From positions 115,315-179,314 of the forward strand of contig ADNK01003276.1 in NCBI GenBank assembly GCA_000320545.1: DNA of 64,000 bases, given 5' to 3'. The stretch is from Bigelowiella natans CCMP2755 (lineage: Eukaryota > Protista > Cercozoa). Within the stretch, counting starts at the first letter, position 1. Every line of letters begins with the position of its first letter. Position numbers and translations under genes: made by a program. This document shows, piece by piece, positions 54,178 through 64,000 of this stretch. The notes beneath the pieces were generated by a model. It saw only the letters and a list, made by a program, of their open reading frames with translations, was not told where the DNA came from and ran no database searches.

Positions 54178-55899
54178 AAACTATTCTCTAGTGAAAGAAG
54201 TTGATGAATATTTTTTCCACATTCTTTCTGAAATTCCCACCCCCTTACTCTCTCCACGCTTCTGCCTCCCCCCTCGTCATCCATCTGTGTGTTTATCATT
54301 CTGTACATGATAAAGAATCAAGTTTCTCACTATTTTCATAATGTTGCATCATCACAGGCGTAGTATTCACCAAATTTATTCGTCCTAAATGGAAGTTTAA
54401 ATTTTCGGATGTGATGGTGGTAGGGCTTGCAATTTGTCGTGCATCCATTTTCCTTCACTTTAAAGGCATTGCTTCTTCCCGTCTCACAATTTTCTACTTC
54501 TGTTTCCTTTGTACAATCACCCAGTAAGAGAACGATTGTCTTCCTTCTACTGTTCTTTGATGTTTAGGTGCGCAATGTTCGATCTGTTCCCACTCTAGAG
54601 TTCCGATTTGGGAATGTAGAGGGCGCATACAACGATTTGCTCAACGTGACAGCAACCGCCTACCTGGGGCGCTTGTATGTAGTAGTGACAATTGTGTTTT
54701 TGTCGTTTTCCTATAACTTCGCATTTACATTTATATACGTGAGTACACGCACACACACACACACGCATATGAACGTAGATAATATACATTGTAACAGCAT
54801 GTGCTAAAATTAAGTAATTTTACTACTACAATTGTTACCAGTGAGACTGATCCTGACGGGCAGCGGTTTCATCCAACACACACGCTTGAGCTCGTAACAG
54901 AATGCAAGCACAGTGTGCGAGGAGTGTGGACCCTTCAGGTAGTAGTAGTATCACATTTATTCAGTGAGAGAGTGATTGCTTTACCTAAGAAGACGGTTTA
55001 CATGATCTTTTTTGGACTGAATTCAGCATCGGATAATGCCCAACACGCCGTTGTTCAATAGATCTGCCAAGGACATGGAAGAGGACAGAACCAATGTACT
55101 ACTACATCGTGTTTGTAACATTTAGTAGTGCATCGTTTGGCAGGAATATGAAGTCCTGCTGTTTGGTGAATATTTCGAATCATCCACAGTCATCATTGCC
55201 AACTCCTTTTCATCGTTACTACTATCGTGCACTATTTTCTACTTTTACTGCTTAAACTATTAAGATCCACGTGGCAGTAACGGGAATTGACCCCATTACT
55301 GAAGAGAGCGTATGTAAAATTATGCTCTACGAGGCCAAAGATGTTCTCTTTGGCTATCAATTTAAAGATCAGGTGGTAGATTGTTTAGGAACATACCTTC
55401 CGATGCTATAGCTATTTCCAAAATATGATGTTTGGATTTTTACTGGTTTAATAAACGATTGCACCATCAAGCTTGTGCGTTGTTTTACTAGGTGAAGTTC
55501 ATTCCAGAGAATTTCACACTGACATTTAATTATGCCAATCTCTCTGAAGTGGTAAATGTGTTTTAACGGATCGAAATTCCAGTCTATTCATTCTAGTTAT
55601 TCATTTGCGTATTGTAGGAGCCTGCATGGACGTATTATCCTGCAACAGCTGCTAAAAGGCATCCTGCAATAGCTGTTGATAGCGACAAAAGTACAAAATC
55701 GCATCATATCCAAATTTGTCGATCCTTTTCTCAGTACCCTTGTATTCTTGTACAAATCTCCCCGGTTTTTACAACAGATAACGGACAGAGTAGCAATGTT
55801 GGGGCTCGCATGGAAACAGAGAAAAGTCCTCTTAAAACCAGTGACATGACGAGGCGACGACAGCCCAAGTATGGAACATTGATTGCCGTAGAGAAGTAG
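52117..55899 (+). CDS. Inward-rectifier potassium channel (Kir/KirBac-like); true start somewhat upstream (~51930-52120)
   Basis: TM1 IYKHILQGSLWLVLTEMTLYIFLVNILFGW (~52840); pore FNFSFQTFTTVGYGT (~53403-53447); GVVFTKFIRPKWKFKFSDVMV; PTLEFRFGN; IHVAVTGID; YEAKDVLFGYQFKD. TAG at 55897-55899. Confidence 0.9.
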
Positions 55900-56688
55900 T
55901 CAGATGTTGACTATGCTATTGCAGTTTGGTCGTGCACAGCGCAGTAGGCTATAAGCAAAGGCCTGCTAAACATGTTTGACAGGTGTAATGATTTTCAATT
56001 ATTATCCTTATGTAGCAAGCTATGCAAAGCTGCGGCTACAGCGCTCATGTTGTACCTGCTAAACATGTACATGTGGGGTGCAACCGTACCAATGATACAT
56101 GCATGTAGCATAACAGCACGGAGTAGCGCTCTAGCTAATGACCTTCTTGAATTGCTATATAGATTGCGAGAGCTTATTATTTGGGGCTGCAACCGTTCAT
56201 AATCCAACAATGCATATGCATGTAGCTTGTACGTAGCAAACGTAGCGCTCTAGCTAGCTAATGGCCTCCTTTGTTTGGCCTGTCGCGCTTGCACATACGA
56301 CACATGTTCTCACGCACAGTGTTAGCACAGATGGCACCCCTATGTAATTTTCACAGCATGCATTGACCCATCGAATGACAGTATATCTTGCTATATTGCA
56401 AAACAAATGACAGCAAAGGGCTCTACATCGCACACATGCACGTACATGCGCCTTGCGAGACGCTAGATATAAATCATGTGGCCGCGCTATATCAGTCAAC
56501 GAGCAATAGGCATGCTTCTCTTGGTGTCCCCCCATAGCATCATTCAAGGATTATAACTGACTTTTTTTCAAGCAGAGATCGATAAAAATGCATGACTGCA
56601 CCGATAGGTGGCAGACAAGACAAGCAGTATTTGGGAGGAAGCAGTTCCGCAGATGAGTGATGTTCCAGCACGGGTCAGTTATGATTGC

Positions 56689-58695
56689 TTACTTTTTAGT
56701 CATTATTAGCTGCTCGAGATCTTCCAATTCCTTCAACCTATAGTTTGACCCAAGTAAGACCCGGACTTGTGACGCAAAGGCAGTAATGTCCAACTGAAGC
56801 TGCAGACGAATCTTATCCGCATCAGACATGCTCTGTGATGACGATGATGAGGAGGATGATGATGCTGTTGATGCTTGTTGTTTTTTGTTTTTCTTGAGAC
56901 GTGATAGAATTGCTTCAGTTTTGGCGACAACTTGTAGAAGCTCCTTGGCGGTGACCACGTATTTACTGCACACTGAAGCAACAACAGCATCAGCTAGCCA
57001 TCTACAACATACATTTGCCCCCCCGGTGCCACCTCCTCTTTGCTGCTGCTGCTGCTGCTGTAGGTCCTCCTCTTTGTCTACTCCTTTTCCTTCTGCTGCA
57101 GCTGCTGCCAGCAGCAAGTGCTTCTTCAATGGCTCTAATACTGAGGATACGTAAGAGGAAGGGACTTTGGGAGCTGTTTCACCAGTCATACCTTTTTGTC
57201 ACAACAATACGATATGGATGCCATATATCATCATCATCTTGTAAGAAGATAAGAATTGAGAATGCTCTATTATTATTATTATGTGAATTCTTCCATTAGA
57301 CTTATGTGTTGTCTAATAATTCAATATAATTCTCCGCATTTACACAAACATCGCCCAAAATTTAGACTAAAGCAGATCGATCATTGCAAGCACCAGTGTC
57401 ACAGCAGCTAGTATACATTCATTTGCCAAAGCGACATCTTTGCAATATCTCTACCCATCATCACCATTATCATTATCATTATCATCATCATCATCTTCTT
57501 CTTAACTGTATTTGAGTTTAATCCTTGGAACTCCTACAGTAATGAATGCAAGACAATCTCGTGAAACCCTTGAGCTTATGCACGAAATACACCTACGCCG
57601 GGCCTCGTTTATTTGGCTGATGATGTCTTCCATTCCGCTCTCTATTAGCTTCTTTGTCTGCTTGAAATAAGGAGAACAAGGAGAAGAAGAAGAAGAAGAA
57701 GAAGAAGAAGAAGAAGAAGGGAACAGAACGACCGTTGCCAATTAACGTCTTATGTTGTCATTATCACCATCATCATCATCATCATCATCATCTTCATGCG
57801 AGTAAATTTTCTTTACTATTGACATATCAATTCATACTCTTATCCTCATAAGATATATTTATATATAGTATATATTGTATATTGTAATATGAGATTGTTG
57901 GGTTCACCAGTAGTAGCAACTACATACCTCCTCTTCCTCCTCTTCCTTACACTTATTAGCACCGTCCTCTTCATTTTTCGCCGTAGTAGTAGTAGTAGCA
58001 GCAGCAGTAGTAGTAGTAGTAGTAGTAGCAGCGATTGTGTGTTGAATGATGAGAGGGATCAGCCTGCTTTTGATAGCTTTTTCATTCAAAAGATCAATAT
58101 CTTTCTCCAAACTCAGCAAATCAGAAACCGAAGGCAAAGGTTTCCATGCACCACCAATAGTAGACGACGGTATGTTACTACGTGAAGAAGAAGAAGAAGA
58201 AGAAGAAGAAGAAGAAGAAGAAGAAGATTTATTCTCCTTGTTGTCGTTGTCTACTGGGGCTGCTGCTGCTGCAGCGGATGATGATGTTGTTGTTGTTGAT
58301 GATGATGATGATGTGATTGCTGTCTCTTCTGATCCTCCTCCTAATCCTTGAATAATCCAGCTTGTATATCTACAACAAGCACGAACAGGGTAGAGGGAGG
58401 AGGAGTAAGGCAGGGCAGCAGGAGGCACACACATAATGACAGTATTTTAAGTCGATGATGATGAATCATTGTTATTTTGTAACAAGTTCCTCTCATCATA
58501 CTAGGTAGTCATCATTATCGTCATCATCATCGTCGTCATCATTTGAGAAGGGGAGAGGAAGAAAAAGGAAAAATATACCTTCTTAACAACTGAATCGTTG
58601 CCTTGAAAAACCTAGTGTTGGTTGATAAATAGTAGCATCGTCGTCGTAATATGATCATGGTTCTCATAATCATCATCATCATAAAAATAATCATT

Positions 58696-58726
<31 letters not shown>

Positions 58727-58768
58727 CCTCTACTACTGCTACTACTATCACTACCACTACTACTACTG

Positions 58769-58799
<31 letters not shown>

Positions 58800-58949
58800 C
58801 ACTACTATTACTACCTGTGAGTTAGTTTCTCTATGAATATCCCCTTTTCCCAGCACCTAAAGACAGCCTTATACACTTGATGTGATGCCGTCATCGTGAA
58901 GAAGAAGACCTCAGATCGTTGCTGCTGCGCATCTTTCTTTTCTCCCAAA

Positions 58950-58981
<32 letters not shown>

Positions 58982-59084
58982 AGCTCGTCGCTTTTGTGGT
59001 TTGTGTGTGACTGCTGCTTCAAGCCCCTTCCGGATATCCTGAAATCTGAACAAGAAGGAGAAGAACAAGAAGAAGAAGAAAAAG

Positions 59085-59121
<37 letters not shown>

Positions 59122-59688
59122 GTGTAGGTTAGCCGTGCCCCTAAGAGCAGCACATGGCGTTAGTAGTTGCTATTACGAGTACTACCGTAGTTGGAAGTAT
59201 ACAGAAAGACTCCACTTGGATTGAAAGTGACCAATTAGCCTTGATGTCATCAAACGCTGTTTTCTGACCCTGTCCGGACAAAGATCTTGCAGGGCCTTTA
59301 GCAATTGCTGACATGCGGAATACCTAATCGAGTACATTCAGGGAGGAGGAGGAAGAGGAGGAGGAGAGAGGACAATATTACTTGATCATCGTCATCATCA
59401 TCAGCATCATGAAGAAGTAGCAGAAGCAGCAGTTTGATCATGATCATCATCATCATGAAGCAGTAGCAGAAGCAGCAGTTTGATCATGATCATCATCATC
59501 ATGAAGCAGGCTGCCAGTAGTAGTACGGTGTGGTTAATGATTAGTCGATATAGCATGATTGCTATACGGATGATGATGATGATGATGATGATGATGAGGC
59601 GGATGGATTGTAACGATATCAATAAATATACTGCTTCTTATATCTCTGTCTGTCTATTTGCATGCATGCATGTGTGTGTATGTGAGTA

Positions 59689-59723
<35 letters not shown>

Positions 59724-60517
59724 CAAGGAGTAGTACTATTAATATTACCTTCCAAAGAATCTGTCTGGGAGATATGGTGCGAAGAACTCGCTGCCTCCAG
59801 CATCTTCAAGGGCGGGGAGAATCTCAGCAGCGATCGATTTGGTGACAAAGCTGAAGGCCGTGAGAGGAAAGAGGGTTGCGTCCAACACACTTTGGCAACG
59901 AGATGACACAGATGATATCACCATCTGGAATAAATGCTGCAGGGTGCACGCATCTTCAAAGTGAAAGTGTTGCTGGTGGTGGTGCTGCTGCTGCTTTTGT
60001 TCGCCGGTAGCAGCAGCTTGATCGCAGGATAAGGAGGAAGGGGAGGAGAAGGAGGAAGAGGAGGAGGAAGAGGAGGGAGGAACATCTCCCTTAGCTCTCT
60101 TTTTGCTCTTGTTCTTCTTGTTCTTGTTGTTATTGTTGTTGTTGTTATTGCTGTTCGTACTACTCATTTTGGATAAATGACCATCATCATCATCACCACC
60201 ACCACCACCATCTTCCTGCAGAAGAGCTTTGATGATGTCTTTGGTAATGGCTGTTTTGATTATAGGTTTGACAACATGTTCTCTCAGTGTGCTTTCTGCG
60301 AGTTCAATCTTATCCAAAGAGATGAAGCAGCGCAAACACTGAGCAATTACCTGGAACAAATTAACATCGGAAGAACAAAAAGAAGAAGATCAACAACAAC
60401 AAAATAGAGAAATGTGAAATGAAAGACCGGCCAAGCAGTATCATTTATGTTTTTCAGTATGTGCGTGTCTCTACTGCTGGGGCTAGGGCTGGTAGTTTTG
60501 ATTCTTAACTTAATTCT

Positions 60518-60565
<48 letters not shown>

Positions 60566-62512
60566 TGCTACCATAGCTGACTGACCTCTTGCGGCACCAA
60601 GATGATGTCTTCTTGCTGCAGAATCATCACATCGACAAATGTCCTTTTCAGAAGTTTGAGCATGCGCTCTTCCAGTTCAGGAATTACGCTCTGAATAATA
60701 GAGAATCAAAGGGGGGGGGGGGGGAAGGGAAAAATAAGATTTTACAAAAGTCCGATATTCAATAAAATTTTGTATATGTATTTGTGTCGTTTGATTATTA
60801 GTGTAGTTGAATGGAAGGAGGAAGCGGTGGCGATTAAATCTCAAAATGTAGTAGTAGTAACAATATTTGATCAATCATGTGGATTGAATACAACTAAAAA
60901 CACAGCAATAGCACCTGGATATCCTTTGAAATCTTAAATCTCTTCGTTCTCTCCGTGTCAACCTTAAGTCTTGTTATTTCTCTGCTGATGCGCTCTAGAA
61001 ATGCTGAAACTCTACGAATAAAAAATAGTCTTTGCTGCTGGTGCTGTTGTTGGTCAACAGCACCATCATCGTCGTCGCCTTCTTCGCCGCTCTTTCTACT
61101 ACCACCGTTGTTATTTTTTTCGAACAAAAAATCTTTTGTTGTACTCTTCCTCCTAAGGATTTTCTCTGACAGCATTTGGTGGTAGTTCTCCACCAAAGTA
61201 GCCCCCCCTTTCTCTCTTTCTCCTGCTCCCTTCACAATTCCTGCATTTCTCATCACCATTTTCCCTTCATTTTCAAATTTAGTTTTCGCTTCGGTTGCAA
61301 CCGTCTGTTCTCCCTTGGAAAAGACGCTATTTGTTGCTGATTCACCAGTCACTGCTGCTGCTGCTGCTGCTGGCGATGATGATGATGATGATGATAATGA
61401 TGATGATGAAAAGGGATTCTCGGCAACCTGGGATATAGCATCATTACAATCTTCAATGCATGTAACATCCACTGAAAAAATCTCTTTCTTCTCCAGATCA
61501 TCTCTTCGATGGTGCCATCATATGCGTTTCAAATGGATGATTACACACATAAAAGTTGAATCTTCTTTCGTTTGGGTGTTTATGGTTGTCTTACATCCAG
61601 AAGTCGTTTAACTTTATCGAAGGTTTCCACTGCATCTTTGAGGATAAGAAGAACTTTTTTCTTCCTTGCAACTGCCTTTTGTCGTTCTGATGCATTCTCA
61701 AAACGCTTTACCACCTGCCGAATGAAGGAAGAAGGAATAATTTTTCTTGTAGGGAAAAACTGACATAAACATAATCAAAGATGAATAACCAACCGTTTGG
61801 ATTAATTTGTAGACATGTTCCATTTGAGAGTGGACTGACGAAAGTTCTCGAGAGGTGCCATCTACAGAATCACTGCGAGAGAATGATGATAATAAAGCAC
61901 AATGTGCCAAGGTATAGACATCATCGACATAAGATGGGAAGAAAGACTCAACCTTGTTCCTGTGAGCATCGTCGGAAGGCCGATGAAGTCACGGTAATTA
62001 GAATTGAGCAAATCTATCAACCGGTTTTGCAGGGAGATCTGTAGATATTGGTGGTGAATGACGACATCCTTAGCTGTCTCATGAAGTGTTTCATGATTAA
62101 AATCGCTCTATTTTCGCCTTCCTCCATATTTGATAGTAGCGAGAGCGACGGCAGCAGCCAGGAGTATCTCAGCTGCCGCTCTTATTTTTTGCATTGCCAG
62201 GAGTATCTCAGCCGCTGCTCTTATTTTTTGCATTATTAAACGAACACACCTTTGCCCCTCTCAACTCATTTCTGAGTCCTTTGAGTGCGACCTGGGGATC
62301 CACAATAGACTCTGGCTTTTTCATGAAATTCTTTAATTATTCAATAAAGAAGAATTAAAACCGAGGACGTAGCGTTGTAGATTTCGATGACAGAGTTTAA
62401 CCTCAAGGAAAGTTTCAAGCTCAAAGGGCTGGTCCGTGTTTTCTGCAAACATTCTGAGCTGTGGTGGTAGCCCAGCATCGTCGTCTTTGGCCGTGCTTTT
62501 CTCGTCCGCCAT
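56689..62512 (-). CDS. COG2: Conserved oligomeric Golgi complex subunit 2
   Basis: MADEKST...LKGLRNELR; LQNRLIDLLNSNYRDFIGL; LERISREITRLK; FFAPYLPDRF; CWEKGIFIEKLTHRFFKATIQLL; C-terminal DUF3510-like PSSYVSSVLEPL...SDADKIRLQLQLDI. Confidence 0.88.
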
Positions 62513-62779
62513 ATTAAATCGGAGATAGAGATGCTAATAGATGACCAGGATAGCAAAAAAGCAGCAAAAAGAAAAATGATTGGAGTTCACGGGTGGTTAT
62601 GCAATTTTATTCTAGTCCTCCCCAGGCCTTACACACAGGCAAAGTGGTTTGCGTTGGATCATGTGTTATTTTTGAACATTAGTTGTACTTCCCCGCCTAC
62701 TCCCTCTTTTCCTTTGCATTGCGAGACGCACTTCACCTGTGACTCTTCCCTCCTGATGAGAAGCTCCTTCGTCGTCGTC

Positions 62780-62780
62780 G

Positions 62781-62857
<77 letters not shown>
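62780..62857. repeat. (GTT)26 microsatellite just before the right-hand repeat element
   Basis: Perfect GTT run preceded by (GTC)3. Confidence 0.95.
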
Positions 62858-62931
62858 ATGATTGATGGGTGATAATACGACTAATATTGTTACTAGATTT
62901 AACTATAGCTGGGAAGTCAAGGATGCGACTA

Positions 62932-64000
62932 CCAACTTGCGATCAACTGACATGTGCGATTTCGGTGAAAAAATGCACAAACGAGTGTTGTGGGCCTGCG
63001 ATGCAAGTTCACGTTCATTGTGTCAACGTGCAAGCAATGCAACTCCAACCACAACGCACAATGCACAGCACGGCTTCATCTTCTGGAACAATTCCTGACT
63101 TTTTTTTGTTTTTTCCCCAAAAATTGTCACCACCTCTAGACCTGCGTGCTGATCTTGGCAACTGGCCGTCAGAGCTAGGTGCGACCATGCACAAGTTGCT
63201 GTGCTGACCAACCAAGCTGCACTTGGATGCGTCAGACGGTCTCCGAACTCGTCTCTGAACCTCTGGATGAAAGTCAGGACGTCAGCGTGGCTCCAGAGAG
63301 CAGCATGGCTGGTGCACAACAGCGTGCGAGTGACACAATCACCCGGGACGGGAGAGCACCTCTGATCAACCACGTCCACCTGGGTTTCCTGGGAGACCAC
63401 TTGAACACTGCTAGCCTGGTGGCTGTGGAGCTTCGTTTTTCAGCGGGCTTGCGGTAGCTGCTTAGCTTTTGTGCGCGGGACTGTGCTGATGTCACTGAGT
63501 GTCAACACGCGGTCCTGTGTGCGTTTGAATTGTGTTGATGACTTGTGACTTGCGCTGCATGCATGTGCGCATTGGGTTCCGGCGCATTCGCGAAGATTCT
63601 CGAATCTTCCAGAATTCTCTCGAATTCTCTGGAAGATTCTCGAAGCTTCCGGAATGCTCTCGAAGATTCTGGAAGATTCTCGAATCTTCCGGAATGTTCT
63701 CGAAGCTTCTGGAAGATTCTCGAAGCTTCTCGAAGATTCCCGAAGTTCTGAGAACTTCCATGCGCATGTGCGCAGCGCAGCGTGCAGCACGAGTGGACGT
63801 GCGCATGCTGCGACAGCTCCTTGATCGTGGGTGGCGCGGCCAGACCGCTGACACGCCCCCATGGACGTGGTGACCACGATCAGAGTGCTGATGTGCACGT
63901 GCCATTTCTGCCATGGTGACAGAACTTTTGCACGGTGCTGCACATGGACACCCATTCCAAAGGTTTCGGAGTCCGAATGGTTGGCAAATTTTGCCGACCA
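62932..64000. mobile_element. Unclassified repeat/transposon-derived segment, continuing past the window end
   Basis: Sharp loss of TpA as in the 11.2-12.9 kb relic, no introns, an internal 10-bp tandem array, and a minus-strand protein-like frame (63023-63400) with no recognised family. Confidence 0.45.
63591..63759. promoter_or_regulatory. Array of heat-shock-element-like nGAAnnTTCn 10-mers
   Basis: 15 contiguous 10-mers at 63591-63740, 12 of which match GAAnnTTC exactly, then two 9-bp variants. Confidence 0.7.

Larger units (their letters stand above)
3259..60561. repeat. Dispersed intronic microsatellites: (CT/GA)n, (CA/GT)n, (AT)n, (TAG/CTA)n, (GAT)n, poly-G/C
   Basis: Dozens of runs, e.g. 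(CT)n ~3259, 5631, 6167; (AT)n ~18330, 30410; (CA)n ~26342, 28220; (GA)n ~60521. Most lie between GT and AG splice sites. Confidence 0.9.

Noticed and set aside
62780-62857. (AAC)n as the 3' tail of the adjacent element
   Set aside because: Such microsatellites are ubiquitous here, it is ~70 bp from the compositional boundary, and no target-site duplication can be tested.
63591-63759. CRISPR-like array
   Set aside because: Contiguous 10-bp units with no unique spacers, no cas genes, and a eukaryotic context.
1-64000. tRNA, rRNA or telomeric repeats
   Set aside because: None recognised by eye. tRNAscan-SE and Infernal were not run, so small ncRNAs cannot be excluded.

Overview
Eukaryotic nuclear DNA: intron-dense, standard genetic code, introns full of microsatellites. 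It probably comes from an alga with a secondary plastid (chlorarachniophyte-like, inferred from a signal+transit-like leader on an LPA1 homologue). Most ORF-track entries are exon fragments or noise, so the genes were rebuilt by hand through GT-AG splice sites. In order: a 5'-truncated RCC1-repeat/REJ/GPS multi-TM polycystin-1-like receptor (+); a decayed non-LTR retroelement (-); a Su(z)12/VEFS-box PRC2 subunit (+); CDC50 (-) and a P4-ATPase flippase (-); AP-2 sigma (+); a soluble adenylyl cyclase with NTPase and PH domains (-); RPC31 (+); LPA1 (-); an inward-rectifier K+ channel (+); COG2 (-); and a second repeat element carrying a heat-shock-element array. Main findings: (1) the P4-ATPase C-terminus splices in frame, with no stop, into the CDC50 coding region, suggesting a natural single-chain alpha-beta flippase fusion, although an exact 38-bp duplication frameshifts one exon as assembled; (2) both repeat elements have lost almost all TpA dinucleotides outside TAG/CTA while keeping CpG, suggesting repeat-targeted A-to-G hypermutation.
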